Below are positions 19,950 through 30,458 of a stretch of DNA of 64,000 bases, one piece after another. Numbering within the stretch: the stretch's first letter is position 1; each line of letters starts with the position of its first letter. The notes under the pieces are model-generated. The model made no database searches and was not told where the DNA came from. It saw nothing but the letters and a program-made list of their open reading frames with translations. A program made the translations under genes and the position numbers. This DNA comes from a virus (taxonomy: Duplodnaviria > Caudoviricetes). Where the stretch lies: IMG/VR virus record IMGVR_UViG_2600255075_000001, positions 1 through 64,000 of that record; one strand, given 5' to 3'.

Positions 19950-20222
19950 TCACTGCCATTTAATGCGCCGACTAAAACCAAGAGTTTCTTTGTAATATTT
20001 TCTCACGTATTTTTTTGCTCTCCACAGCGAAATAGGCGAGCTAAGAACCATCCCTTTGGACTCAAATTCGATGATGCTAGCAAAGAATTTGCAATTGTTT
20101 TGTCTATCCCAAAGACTTTTTCCGTCAGTCCAATTTTCGCGAGACCAAGTGTATTTATTAAATTCTTTTATAAAATTATTGTAATTACCCCAACCGTATT
20201 GATTGGTGAAATCTCTTGTCAT
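19950..20222 (-). CDS. Hypothetical protein
   Basis: ORF track; start uncertain. Confidence 0.5.
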   Translation of the reverse strand: MTRDFTNQYGWGNYNNFIKEFNKYTWSRENWTDGKSLWDRQNNCKFFASIIEFESKGMVLSSPISLWRAKKYVRKYYKETLGFSRRIKWQ

Positions 20223-20370
20223 AATAATGTGGGTAAGCCAATCAACTGAAAGAACAGCCGCAACAAATATAACAAAATTCGTAATTAAAAAGGTAATTAT
20301 ATTTTTCCCTCTTTTCTTGTATTTTCTTTAAAGATAAAACCTACATTTTATTGGTTAGCTGCTTTCATAT

Positions 20371-20655
20371 TCAGCTTGATAACATCTTTAACTCGCGCTG
20401 ACGCCGTTCAAATTGGGTCATGCAAGTTGATTCGATCTGCTCCCACTCACTAAAGTCTTTGTCATTGACCTCTATTACGATGTAATGAGGAACGACCAAG
20501 AATTCTTTCCCGCACTCGCTACAATGTGGTCTGTCGAATGCGTAGCATCCGTACTTTTCGTCCAATGGTATGTCTTTAAGGTCAAAATCTGCATTCTCGA
20601 TCAAGACAAACCCCTTACATTCTGGTTGGTTGCATTTATGCGCTTCAATAGCCAA
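20371..20655 (-). CDS. Zn-ribbon hypothetical protein
   Basis: CxxxxC...CxxC; GGGAGGG RBS. Confidence 0.65.
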   Translation of the reverse strand: MAIEAHKCNQPECKGFVLIENADFDLKDIPLDEKYGCYAFDRPHCSECGKEFLVVPHYIVIEVNDKDFSEWEQIESTCMTQFERRQRELKMLSS

Positions 20656-20689
20656 TATAAACCCTCCCTTAGTTGATGTTACTCCATGG

Positions 20690-20902
20690 TCAATTGGTGT
20701 TTATTGATTTTGACCTCTTGGCCATTTCAAAGACATGTTGCATATGACGCAAATCCTTTTCTGTAATGCTTATGTCCACCTCGTCGATTGGTTCATCTCG
20801 CAAATGTTTAGGGATTTTAATCAGTACAGATATTTCGCCTTTGCTATTCAAACTTAAATCGAATAAAAAATTATCGATGTACATATGCCCATTCCCTCCC
20901 AT
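20690..20902 (-). CDS. Hypothetical protein
   Basis: ORF; probable start MYIDN behind GGAGG. Confidence 0.55.
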   Translation of the reverse strand: MGGNGHMYIDNFLFDLSLNSKGEISVLIKIPKHLRDEPIDEVDISITEKDLRHMQHVFEMAKRSKSINTN

Positions 20903-20923
20903 GTATTTCTGTGTTACGAATGA

Positions 20924-21262
20924 TCAATCTACATTTCCGTTGATTTCATCCGCGAAGTAAGCAGATAAAGCCTTTGCTAGATTTGAAAGTCTAGCTGCAG
21001 AATCTGCCAAACTATAAGATGATTTTGCTAGGTCCCCCAATTCCTTTAGAGCGTGTTCTTGTTTTGAATCATCTTCAAAATTCCCCTTCGTTATATTCAT
21101 CCAAAGGAACGATATGTCAAGCCTCGTTCTCTCCAAAAGCTCCTTTGCCTTTTCTTGCTCTTCTAGGATGTAAGCATACGCTTCTCGACTTGAATTAAAG
21201 GTTGTTCTGCTCATTTTATATAGACCTCCATGTATTTCGCTATTCAGACATGACCAGTGCAC
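20924..21262 (-). CDS. Hypothetical protein
   Basis: ORF; probable start MSRTT behind GGAGG. Confidence 0.6.
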   Translation of the reverse strand: MHWSCLNSEIHGGLYKMSRTTFNSSREAYAYILEEQEKAKELLERTRLDISFLWMNITKGNFEDDSKQEHALKELGDLAKSSYSLADSAARLSNLAKALSAYFADEINGNVD

Positions 21263-21612
21263 TTTTCGTACTTTTTTGCCCTATACTCCGAATCTCGCTT
21301 AATACCGGAGCTAAGTCCATGCCGTTTCCCTGTAACACCGCAACGCTCGCAGCGCATTTTATCGTAAATGTGCGCCCCTCTGATGATGGTAATTGTGTTT
21401 TGTTTCTCCCATAGGTGTTCGACTATGCTCTCTTCGGGCAACACTTCCACATCCACAAGCTCGCGGGGATTCTCGCCTGGCCTCAATTTGCTATTAAACC
21501 TGTCGATCATAGCCTGCGCCCATGCCTGCGGATCTCCTTCGTGAAAATCGTATTTTTCCTTCCATGTTGACATCGAACCTACTTGTCGCACTTCAATCTC
21601 TATTCTTGGCAT
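21244..21612 (-). CDS. Hypothetical protein with C-terminal Zn ligands
   Basis: HLW...CERC...C; GGGAGG RBS. Confidence 0.65.
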   Translation of the reverse strand: MPRIEIEVRQVGSMSTWKEKYDFHEGDPQAWAQAMIDRFNSKLRPGENPRELVDVEVLPEESIVEHLWEKQNTITIIRGAHIYDKMRCERCGVTGKRHGLSSGIKRDSEYRAKKYEKCTGHV

Positions 21613-21659
21613 ATATAAACCCTCCCAAGTTCGTCAATATTCATCGGTGTTCATAAAAA

Positions 21660-21869
21660 CTATCTTTCTTGTCGTATGTCAATTACCATAAACAACCCAT
21701 TCTTCAATTCTAGTTTCAACGCAGTACTATAATGGTCATCAACTACAGATGTCGTTACATCTACAACCTTGGCACCTCTTACATCAGGCGTACCATGGTA
21801 CAAATCCTGTCCAAGAAAATTAGAATATGTAATCAAGGTTTTCATTTTCTCATGTCCTTCCGTATTCAC
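21660..21869 (-). CDS. Hypothetical protein
   Basis: ORF track. Confidence 0.55.
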   Translation of the reverse strand: MNTEGHEKMKTLITYSNFLGQDLYHGTPDVRGAKVVDVTTSVVDDHYSTALKLELKNGLFMVIDIRQER

Positions 21870-22279
21870 TTTGTTGTATGGACTACTTCCTCAATATCTG
21901 GATGGTTGAAGAAGAAAAAGTATGGAGAAAAACTCTTGTCTTGACTTACAGTCCATTGAAAGCCCTTAGTAGAAACCGAAACATAATCCCATGCAATGAG
22001 TGATTTTGGACTGACGATCCGCCTGCCGATAATAATCCACTCCTGCTGTTCATCGTTATCTGGAGCGACCTTCACAACACTTCCGATATTAAGTAAGCAC
22101 TCTTCCATTTGATCCTCCGTTTTGTTATTTATTTTTTCGTGTTTATATTTACTGTTTGGATGTTCTAATTGCCATTGAGCGTAATATATCTCATCTTCTA
22201 TTCGCTCTTGTTCAGATAAATAATTCATCAAATCGCTGACTCTCTCAAATTTAATCCTGTATCCATACGATAAAATCAA
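21866..22279 (-). CDS. DUF4176-like protein
   Basis: LLNIGSVVKV...IIGRR...WDY...FFFNHPDIEEVVH resembles DUF4176; probable start MEECLL behind GGAGG. Confidence 0.65.
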   Translation of the reverse strand: MILSYGYRIKFERVSDLMNYLSEQERIEDEIYYAQWQLEHPNSKYKHEKINNKTEDQMEECLLNIGSVVKVAPDNDEQQEWIIIGRRIVSPKSLIAWDYVSVSTKGFQWTVSQDKSFSPYFFFFNHPDIEEVVHTTK

Positions 22280-22319
22280 TATTTTATATGTATTTCTAAA
22301 AACATCTTCTTACATATTT

Positions 22320-22348
22320 ATTGTATTCTTTTATTATTATAATGTCAA
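22320..22348 (-). promoter_or_regulatory. SigA promoter
   Basis: TTGACA-N17-TACAAT. Confidence 0.75.
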
Positions 22349-22371
22349 TACACATATTTCCTTTTTCGCAT

Positions 22372-23445
22372 CTAACTAATCCTATAGTTATAATGATCCT
22401 TATAGAGATCCATAAATGACTGAAAACCTAAATCCGTTGGTGAGTGCTTTGCTTCAACCGTAAAGACACTTTTTCCATCCCACATCACAAAAATACTGCG
22501 ACTCTTACCAAACTTCTGAGCTTGCAGTTTAATCTCTTCAGGTTTCTTATCCCGGTCAAAAGCCAATACAATTTTTATATCGATGCCAAGCGATTTAATC
22601 ATTCTTGCTTGGTAATCGGTTACCTCGCTGCCACCAAGAGCTACACAATTCCTTACACCAAATTGTGTAGATAGCCAACAGGTTTTTTCGGCTTCATATA
22701 TAATTATCTCTTTGCTCTCAATGATATACCATAAAGCCCGATGCCAGTTATAAAGCTCCCACATGTTATTGAAATTATGCAAATATAAATACTTAGGTAT
22801 ATCTTTTATTTTGTAGTCCGGGTCTGTCGTTCGTCCTTTAATCGATACTATCTCTCCGTAACTGTTGTGTATCGGAAATATAATTCTTTCCGACTTCAGA
22901 TCGAAACCAACTTGAAACTCCTGCTGTATACCATACTCAATTCCTTCTTCAATAAGCGCAGCATGTGGGAACATTACAAATCGATCTAGGGAGTCATCAC
23001 TAAGTACTTTATTCTCTTTAACTTCCAGAATTGATTTACTTCTATTTTTCTTTATATCCTTCAGCCATTTCAAGGGGTCATTAAAAACTACAACCTGTTC
23101 GCCAGTCAAATACTCATGGTAGCCTAATTGTTCGCAGATCCACCTTTTAGACTTTGGCAGGCATTTATGTATGTCTAAAGCCTCGATTTTATCAAATACA
23201 ATGTATGAAATGAGATCAAATATATCACTACCGAGAAAAGTCCTGTTTCTGATCTTACACGTCAAGGATTCGTTGAGATAGACCTGTAAACCGCGACTAT
23301 TGTCAGACTCAAATTTGTCAGGCAACATTGATTCATACCGATTGCTCTTTTCTTTAATGTTTTCACAACCGGCTTTAGACAGTATTTCTTCAATACGATT
23401 TTCCGTGATAATTCGCTTCTTAATCAGCATTAAATCATTTATCAT
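22372..23445 (-). CDS. DNA primase (SPbeta YorJ-like, TOPRIM)
   Basis: RIIFPIHN..G....KGR, PKY, IYEAEK, ALGG, LAFDRD. Confidence 0.88.
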   Translation of the reverse strand: MINDLMLIKKRIITENRIEEILSKAGCENIKEKSNRYESMLPDKFESDNSRGLQVYLNESLTCKIRNRTFLGSDIFDLISYIVFDKIEALDIHKCLPKSKRWICEQLGYHEYLTGEQVVVFNDPLKWLKDIKKNRSKSILEVKENKVLSDDSLDRFVMFPHAALIEEGIEYGIQQEFQVGFDLKSERIIFPIHNSYGEIVSIKGRTTDPDYKIKDIPKYLYLHNFNNMWELYNWHRALWYIIESKEIIIYEAEKTCWLSTQFGVRNCVALGGSEVTDYQARMIKSLGIDIKIVLAFDRDKKPEEIKLQAQKFGKSRSIFVMWDGKSVFTVEAKHSPTDLGFQSFMDLYKDHYNYRIS

Positions 23446-23465
23446 TAAACTCCCCCGTGGGAATG

Positions 23466-24968
23466 CTACCTGCCGTTATTTGGAACTTTTACATATGCAA
23501 CTTCGCGCCAAATATTAAAATCGTAATTAACTTCAAAAACAATCTGTTCATCTTCCGAGCCTTCACGATTTTTAGGGAGAAACAGAATTAAGTACTTCTT
23601 TTTAGGATCTAGTTTATATGGTATTGGAATCCATTCGCCACTAAAATCATCTTTTTTCCAATTGTAAGGATATAGTCTATTCTTATGACCATCCTCTTTA
23701 TATTCGTCATCAAACATCAGTCTGCCAGCCATCACTACGGCCGCAACCTCAACAATTTCCAATGATTTTCCAATACAGTCAAGATCGATAAATCGATACT
23801 CTCTACCGATTTTTAGCTGTACGGTGGCCAAGCAATGGCAATTATACGCCTCCTCTTTAATACAATCGTACAGATCCTGTGCCGAATTACTAAAGGCCAA
23901 CCATCTTTCTATTTGCTGTGACAAATCTGGTTTAAATGTATCGAACAAAATATGTTTGTAGCCGCGCGCGCGATAAAGCTCAATTCGACCGATTACGTCC
24001 TGCACTCTGTACTTCTTTAAATTGATGAAAAGAATATTCTCTTTTCTATGTTTTTCGATCCACTCTCTTGCTTCGTTAAGAATTGCCTCCCCTTCATCCG
24101 TAAACGTTCCTCTTTCAATTATATCTCTTGCGAGAGGTTTCTTTAATATCCTGGAGGCAACCGTTGCTAGAAGCCTTGATCTCCAACGCCTGATTCCTTC
24201 TTCGTTTGCGAATACAATAGCTTTCTCATCAGATTCATAAATGCCTAGTACGGCCTTTTCGGTGAGAATACTCGATTTGCCTACTCCCGATGGTAGGACC
24301 AAGTAATTGAGATTACCAAGCTTAAGCCCGTTTATCTTCTTATTTAACCGAGGTGAATCAAAGAATGGAATGCCTGACTGGATACCCTTTTTTAACTCCT
24401 CAATGGTTTCATTTAAATTATCGCCTAGATAATACTCGACAACTTCACCGGCGTTTATTTGTGCAAACGAGGATTTAAATTTAGTCTGATAGAAAGTCTG
24501 CAGTTGACTTAATGACATACTTGTTAACTTATGTATCAGTTCAAGATTCAAGACATTGATAAAGCCCTCGTCTTGGAGTTTTCTCAGACTCTCATATTTT
24601 TGGATTTCTGCGAGATGATAATCTTCGTTACCTTTCTCCGGATTGCACTCTTCAACAAGTTCAGCTATGGTGCTGTATGCACCAAACTCATTGTATACTT
24701 CAAGCCAATCCGCCTTTCCTTTTTCTTTTGGCTTTGAAGAAAGAAACGAATATACAGAAGTGTCTTCAAAACTCCGTAAGCCACTCTCGAACATTTCTTT
24801 TCCAACATAATAATAAAAGTACCATATCGGCCTTGTAAATGTGGTTTTATCGATCTTATGTATTTTATATTTCGAATACAGTGTCGGAGTTTTCCAAAGA
24901 TAACCCACAAACAATGATTCGTGAACTTCCGAAGGCGCAATAAATTCTGTGATATGTTTTGTGCTCAA
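23466..24968 (-). CDS. dnaB: DnaB-like replicative helicase (YorI-like)
   Basis: Walker A PSGVGKS, ANEE, ILFDT, TVQL, KNREG. Confidence 0.9.
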   Translation of the reverse strand: MSTKHITEFIAPSEVHESLFVGYLWKTPTLYSKYKIHKIDKTTFTRPIWYFYYYVGKEMFESGLRSFEDTSVYSFLSSKPKEKGKADWLEVYNEFGAYSTIAELVEECNPEKGNEDYHLAEIQKYESLRKLQDEGFINVLNLELIHKLTSMSLSQLQTFYQTKFKSSFAQINAGEVVEYYLGDNLNETIEELKKGIQSGIPFFDSPRLNKKINGLKLGNLNYLVLPSGVGKSSILTEKAVLGIYESDEKAIVFANEEGIRRWRSRLLATVASRILKKPLARDIIERGTFTDEGEAILNEAREWIEKHRKENILFINLKKYRVQDVIGRIELYRARGYKHILFDTFKPDLSQQIERWLAFSNSAQDLYDCIKEEAYNCHCLATVQLKIGREYRFIDLDCIGKSLEIVEVAAVVMAGRLMFDDEYKEDGHKNRLYPYNWKKDDFSGEWIPIPYKLDPKKKYLILFLPKNREGSEDEQIVFEVNYDFNIWREVAYVKVPNNGR

Positions 24969-24980
24969 TAAATCGCTCCT

Positions 24981-25514
24981 TTATAACAAGTGAGAGATAT
25001 CCATCTCGTCTTTTACTTTAGATCTTGCCGCAGCTCCCAATGACATATCGGCTCTCGTTTTAACCTCATACATTTCTTTTTGATGTATCTCTTGTTTGGC
25101 TTTATTTTTTCTCTCTTGAAAAGCCGGATTAATTCCGTGTTTCAGCATCAATGTAATGCATGCGTTAATTCCTTCCGAATCGTTTCTGTAATCAAGCACA
25201 TTTGAGATAAACCATTTTATCTTCTCTTCGCTTATCTTATAAGCTTCTAAAATTAACTTGTACTCTATATTTTTGTTTTCTTTTATTTCTTTTAATCTCA
25301 AGAGATTCCGTGCCGGTATTTCTATAGCATTGTGCAAGCATAATAAATAACTGTATAATTCTCTTCGCTGTTCTTGTTCGACTGCTTTTTTCTTTTCATT
25401 ATCACGGAAATCAACAATGCAATTTTTATGTATGTAGCCCTTTTTATGTATTCCCTTTTCCATCAAGGTTTTATCGCCTTTTACTAGGCAATACTGACAC
25501 TTCACCATACCCAT
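24981..25514 (-). CDS. YorH-like replication protein
   Basis: N-terminal CxxC..H..C; directly upstream of helicase-primase as in SPbeta. Confidence 0.6.
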   Translation of the reverse strand: MGMVKCQYCLVKGDKTLMEKGIHKKGYIHKNCIVDFRDNEKKKAVEQEQRRELYSYLLCLHNAIEIPARNLLRLKEIKENKNIEYKLILEAYKISEEKIKWFISNVLDYRNDSEGINACITLMLKHGINPAFQERKNKAKQEIHQKEMYEVKTRADMSLGAAARSKVKDEMDISHLL

Positions 25515-25577
25515 GATTAGCCAATCACCTCCTCATAAAATAGTTATTTTATTGCTTGGGTAATCGCAATTTCAACA

Positions 25578-25970
25578 CTATATCTCTGTCTTATCATCCT
25601 TCAAGTCCATGGCAAGATAAGCTGCAAGCCTTAATTCTACCTCGCTTTTAATTAGTACTCCCAACATGCTAAATTCATGATGATATCCGCGGCATAAAAA
25701 CTTCGCATAAACACCTTTTGAGTCGCGCTTATATTCATAAATTTTCAGTCCTCGGTTTTTCAGATCCTTTTTTGTATCAACAAAGTCTTCACTAATAAGG
25801 TTCTGAATGTGCTTGAGCTTTCTAGCATAAATTTGTTTCATCTTGATTTCAGAATCCATCATCAATTTGATATCTCTTTCTAAGACATCAAGCAATATCG
25901 GATTTAAGGCTGCCTCTTTGATACAGGATAGATCCTCATGATTACAGGATGCGGCGACCATACGCTTCAC
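25578..25970 (-). CDS. YhjD-like SOS protein
   Basis: P..L.V.ERD...K...Y......F..RGY pattern like Bacillus YhjD; SOS box upstream. Confidence 0.7.
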   Translation of the reverse strand: MKRMVAASCNHEDLSCIKEAALNPILLDVLERDIKLMMDSEIKMKQIYARKLKHIQNLISEDFVDTKKDLKNRGLKIYEYKRDSKGVYAKFLCRGYHHEFSMLGVLIKSEVELRLAAYLAMDLKDDKTEI

Positions 25971-25973
25971 CTT

Positions 25974-26016
25974 CGATTATATGTTTGTGTACTTATTATA
26001 ACCAAACACATGTTCG
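25974..26016 (-). promoter_or_regulatory. LexA box(es) around a TATAAT -10
   Basis: CAAACACATGTTCG at 26003-26016 (identical to the 6223 box) and degenerate CGATTATATGTTTG at 25974-25987. Confidence 0.75.
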
Positions 26017-26230
26017 TGGTAAACCGGAAAAATTTATGCTATATTCAATCTTCATCAATATGCTCAACTTCCTCATTGCTAATCTCTTCAAGTTCCCATT
26101 CTAAAATTCCATCTACATTAAATAACTCGTGATCGATCTGCCCGATAATGTTATTCCCATGATTGAGCTTATCTTCGTTAAATATTATATACCCTTTCAA
26201 TTCTGCCCTTCGCATTTCATGTCCTCCTTG

Positions 26231-26884
26231 CTAAGACCCAAAGTGATCTGCATCGGGTTTCTCCTTACAAGCAATCAATGTTTCCACTTCTTTCTCGCTA
26301 AAGCCTACATTCTTGAGTCGGAGTAGCATCTTTGCCATTTCTTTTTGTGAAATCTTCATGCCTCTGGCTACAAATTTGCTGCTTCTAAATACGCTGCCAC
26401 AGATATCTCTGGCTCTATCTTCGTTGTACTTTAAATCCCTGCTGTCCAGGAAGTCATATTGTGTAACAGTCTCGATTCCATTACCTACGTAGTAAAATTG
26501 TAAGTGTCTGAAGTCGAACTCTTTTACGACCTCTTTTGGCTGGCCAATCCAACGAGTAATAATTTGATACCTGCCGATAGAAATTGCATTCTCAGTAATC
26601 GTCAACGGGTAATCAAGATACATCCCTCCGGAAACTTCTTTTCCGTGATACCCCGACTCTTTCTCCAAGAAGTGCTTTCTTAATTGGCTTGCGAATGACT
26701 CATCCGTAAGAAAAAAGTCATAATCTTTTGGTTCCTGGCTTTGATAAATACTGTATATACAGCCTCCCGCTATATATGAATGTTTTAAAAAATCCAAACG
26801 AAGATGGGACGGCATTAATTCGGCAAGAATTTTCTTTTCTAAATCCAGTCGGAATTCTACGTATTTTAGTTTAGTTTTATTCAT
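26231..26884 (-). CDS. Pol-beta-fold nucleotidyltransferase-like protein (CCA/polyA-pol head-like)
   Basis: YIAGGCIYS...PKDYDFF and FDF motifs. Confidence 0.7.
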   Translation of the reverse strand: MNKTKLKYVEFRLDLEKKILAELMPSHLRLDFLKHSYIAGGCIYSIYQSQEPKDYDFFLTDESFASQLRKHFLEKESGYHGKEVSGGMYLDYPLTITENAISIGRYQIITRWIGQPKEVVKEFDFRHLQFYYVGNGIETVTQYDFLDSRDLKYNEDRARDICGSVFRSSKFVARGMKISQKEMAKMLLRLKNVGFSEKEVETLIACKEKPDADHFGS

Positions 26885-27128
26885 ATTCAGATCTTCCTCC
26901 TCCGCTTTTTTTCATAAGCACCATACTTAGTCTAGCTATGTAAATACCATACTTAGTAATTTCATTTCCCATCGTTTTCCGGATATCAAACAGTCTTACG
27001 TTTTGAGGAGAGTCCTTCCACCACCAATCTCCTTTATTTCGGCTCCATCCAAAACCAATCGTAAACCGATTGTTCAATCGTAGCCCTCTTATAATAGCAT
27101 AGGTATTGTCAGCATTAACCAATTTCAT
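26877..27128 (-). CDS. Hypothetical protein
   Basis: ORF with AAGGAG RBS. Confidence 0.6.
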   Translation of the reverse strand: MKLVNADNTYAIIRGLRLNNRFTIGFGWSRNKGDWWWKDSPQNVRLFDIRKTMGNEITKYGIYIARLSMVLMKKSGGGRSEYE

Positions 27129-27372
27129 CTAGCAACTCCTTATTTATAATTCCCTATTTCTTTGGTCGCTCTATTTCTTCAAGATACATCAGCTCATTTG
27201 TTTGAAACGCAAACTTATCAAAAATATTCCAATTTGCTTTTAGTAGATGGTTTGATGCTTCTCTGAAATTAGAGTAGTTGTCCATGTTGAAGTCTAAAGT
27301 TTTTCCACTCTTAAATGTCGCTTTGATTCTAACTATTCAATTCGTCTCCTTTTAGCAAATAAAATTCCTATT

Positions 27373-28245
27373 TTATTGGGTTAAATTATAAAAGTATTCA
27401 TAGGTTTTCTTGTTAAACTGCCAGTTCTTATTGTTAAGTTTAAAGATAAATTCTTTCGGTTCTCCTTTTTTAAACCCTCCTGTGCTTCGCTGGTAAAGAA
27501 TTACTTCAAGTTTAAAGTTTTCTGCAAGATATTCCTTAATTAATTGGACTGCAACCTCAGTATAATATACGGCAATTCCAGAATTTCCATTGTGAGTATT
27601 GTCCATAATTACATTTACATATTCATTTTTATCTCCTAAAATACCACTATAAATGTTAAGTTTCTTTGCTACAGCATCAACAAAATTAAAATGTGGATTA
27701 TCACTGGAAGAAAAGAGTTTCAACTCTCTTGCGACAATGTATCCTGATTTGTCTCCAATTCTAATTGTGTATTTTTCAAAATCTTCTCTAAGGCTGTTAA
27801 TATCCTGTGTTAGCATCAAACCATTTTCTTTGAGACTATCAATTTCTTTACCATGATTCTTTATTTCTTTTTCATGATCAACAAGCTGATTGATTGCTAA
27901 CTGCATTACTTCTAATGGCGATAACTGGCTTAACTTCTTTTCCATTTCCTCGAACTTAGTTACGTAGGTCGCTGTAAATAGCGTTCCCTTTTCCCCAGTC
28001 ATCTTATTTGCAACCATATCGCACCCTTTGCGTGTTAGAAAGTAACAAGGGAGAGTCCTACCTGTGGTATCTTGATATGTACTTTCTATAAAGAAATTAC
28101 TGAGGGAGATATTCCCCTGAGTAAGATATTGTGCATAGATACGGATACTCTTCATTAGATCATTATGTGGTTTTTCAATCATCTCAGAGACCTGACGGCT
28201 CTCAATATACAAATTACCGTTGTGGTTAATAATATTAAAATCCAA
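27373..28245 (-). CDS. Rha-family phage regulatory protein
   Basis: SRQVSEMIEKPHNDLMKSIR, FFIESTYQD..GR..PCY.LTRKGCDMVANKMTGEKG.LFTATYV.KFEEME. Confidence 0.9.
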   Translation of the reverse strand: MDFNIINHNGNLYIESRQVSEMIEKPHNDLMKSIRIYAQYLTQGNISLSNFFIESTYQDTTGRTLPCYFLTRKGCDMVANKMTGEKGTLFTATYVTKFEEMEKKLSQLSPLEVMQLAINQLVDHEKEIKNHGKEIDSLKENGLMLTQDINSLREDFEKYTIRIGDKSGYIVARELKLFSSSDNPHFNFVDAVAKKLNIYSGILGDKNEYVNVIMDNTHNGNSGIAVYYTEVAVQLIKEYLAENFKLEVILYQRSTGGFKKGEPKEFIFKLNNKNWQFNKKTYEYFYNLTQ

Positions 28246-28470
28246 AATACCATTCTCCTTTATATGAATAAAATTACATTTTCATCTGTTCTACTTTGGT
28301 AGCAATCATTCTTGTTCCGCTTGCTAAGATATGAAAAATTTCCTCTAAATCCTCAATTGAATCATTAAATCCTTCTGCTTCTAATTGCACCTTGTCGTTC
28401 TGGTCAATATATAGAACAATTTTGTTAATGCTTTCACTCTCCCTTTCTCCCATAAAATCACAATTTTATA

Positions 28471-28785
28471 TTAATCTTCCCAAGCTTTTTTAATTCTATT
28501 GATCTTGAAATTATTGTTATCATCAATATCAAACGTGAGCTTAGCACACTTCTCAACCTCGACATACTCTTGTTTAAATTCATACCTTGTATCGCAACAA
28601 GGACATATGAGCCATAACTCTTGAGCGGTACAATCTGAATCAATTACTTTCAAGATTCCATCCTCGCCAATTTTATATTGTGTAGTTTGGGCCTCTTCAA
28701 CATTGAGAATCAGTTCAATATCTTCCCATTCTGTCTCATGCAGCTCAATGCACTCAGGATCTTTACACTTCAATTTTTCCATCAT
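28471..28785 (-). CDS. Hypothetical Zn-ribbon protein
   Basis: CxxxxC and CPCC motifs. Confidence 0.6.
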   Translation of the reverse strand: MMEKLKCKDPECIELHETEWEDIELILNVEEAQTTQYKIGEDGILKVIDSDCTAQELWLICPCCDTRYEFKQEYVEVEKCAKLTFDIDDNNNFKINRIKKAWED

Positions 28786-28801
28786 TCATGCTCCTCGTAT
28801 C

Positions 28802-29284
28802 TTAACAATCCCAAAATAGCATATATTCTAAGCAGGCCGTGTCTTCCAGATCATATGGGAATTCATCTTCAATATTTTTATTTTTATTAATTACTATGAA
28901 TAGATCGCCATGTTCGTTTATGTATGTGTGTTGGTAATCATTTTTATATTCTGAATCTCCCCAAGGTACATATAACTCCTCTTCGGTATAATCATTATAA
29001 ATAATATGGATCGAAGTAATGTCGTTTCCTTTGAGCCTAGTATATTTACTGCTGGTACTCATAAAATCATTGGGTAATTTATATTGCTCATCACCATCTC
29101 GAAATGAAGCAAGCGCAAAATGATCGCATTCATTAAACTTGCATGTAGAGTTCCTTGTAGCTACGATAGAAGTTTTTATATCAAGTATTGATATTCTACC
29201 AATATGCTTGTTCTCAATTTCAATGCAATCTGTGTTTTCTAGAACAAGGTTCAGTTTTAGAATTTCCTTTTTTATTTGCTCCAC
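28802..29284 (-). CDS. Hypothetical phage protein
   Basis: 160-aa ORF (VLENTDCIEI...YVPW...INEHGDLFIVI). Confidence 0.7.
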   Translation of the reverse strand: MEQIKKEILKLNLVLENTDCIEIENKHIGRISILDIKTSIVATRNSTCKFNECDHFALASFRDGDEQYKLPNDFMSTSSKYTRLKGNDITSIHIIYNDYTEEELYVPWGDSEYKNDYQHTYINEHGDLFIVINKNKNIEDEFPYDLEDTACLEYMLFWDC

Positions 29285-29691
29285 CTCACTTACAGAATAA
29301 AATTCTCATTGTATTTGTCAATGCTTAAAATTTTTATACCTTCTTAAATTACGTCCATAATTTATTAAGACTCAGTGCTTGATTACTCATTTTCTCGCTG
29401 ATTATCATTTGAGAAAAAATTTTTGAGATGGTGTAAGGTATCTTATATAGGACGGATGAACATGGAAAAGACCATATACTTGATGTTAAATGAAAACTAT
29501 AACGGACGTGTAGAGTGTAACGAATGGTTTCTTAATGAACGGTGCGCGATGGGGTTTCGTAATTGTATCTACTCGCTCCGGAAAATTGAAAGAAGATTAA
29601 TGATTAAATAATTCTTATTGTTTGATGTTTTATTTACTTTTAGTTATTAACATTATATTATAGATATATCTTAATCAAAGGATGGATAATC

Positions 29692-30366
29692 ATGTCAATT
29701 ATTAAACGCGGTTTTATCTATGCTCTATCTGATATACATTTTCACACTCTAAGTAACTTTTCTTCCGATATTGAGCATTCAATAAAAACATCTAGTGCTG
29801 AATATATTGCTCATCTTGAAGCAATTTCTGAGAACTATAAAGATGATAACTTGGAAATGTTTTGGGAATATAACATAGACCAAGTTAATGATTTGCGCTA
29901 TGAGTACCCTACATTACTACGTTCATCTGTCTTGATTTCTTGCTATTCTAATCTCGAAAAAACAATGGTAAATTTTCACGAGGATTTAAAGCTTAAAACA
30001 GGACTAAGTTTAAATTACAACAATAGAAGATTTTCAAGAAGAAGCACCATAGAAAAAGTCCTAGAAAGCTTGCAAGAATCAATACCTTTACCAAATTCCT
30101 CGGGGTCAATAGAGTGGACAAATATTCTCTTTTACAAAAGCCTTAGGAATAAGGTCGTTCATGATTTAGGTAAAATTAACAAAAGAAAGGATAGAGCGTT
30201 ATTGAACCAAATTGAACAATCATCTTTTGTTTCTGTAAACGAAATTAATACTATAACTTTCAATGAGCATTTTTCTGAAAAAGTAATTACAGATTGTAGG
30301 AACTTCATCGACTTGTTGTATACTGATATAAAACTATATACAGACAGTTTAAGACCATCCTCCTAG
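29692..30366 (+). CDS. HEPN-domain protein (putative RNase/abortive-infection effector)
   Basis: Upstream S.LI..YS.LE helix and Rx4H motif RNKVVH; inverted relative to neighbours, own terminator at about 30357-30379. Confidence 0.7.
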   Translation: MSIIKRGFIYALSDIHFHTLSNFSSDIEHSIKTSSAEYIAHLEAISENYKDDNLEMFWEYNIDQVNDLRYEYPTLLRSSVLISCYSNLEKTMVNFHEDLKLKTGLSLNYNNRRFSRRSTIEKVLESLQESIPLPNSSGSIEWTNILFYKSLRNKVVHDLGKINKRKDRALLNQIEQSSFVSVNEINTITFNEHFSEKVITDCRNFIDLLYTDIKLYTDSLRPSS

Positions 30367-30458
30367 TGAGGATTTTTTTATCGATAAAATCCAAGTTTTA
30401 TAATGATTCATCCGCTCTTGTTACTGTCTTCGTGTAAGGTTATAATAGGAAAATATGG

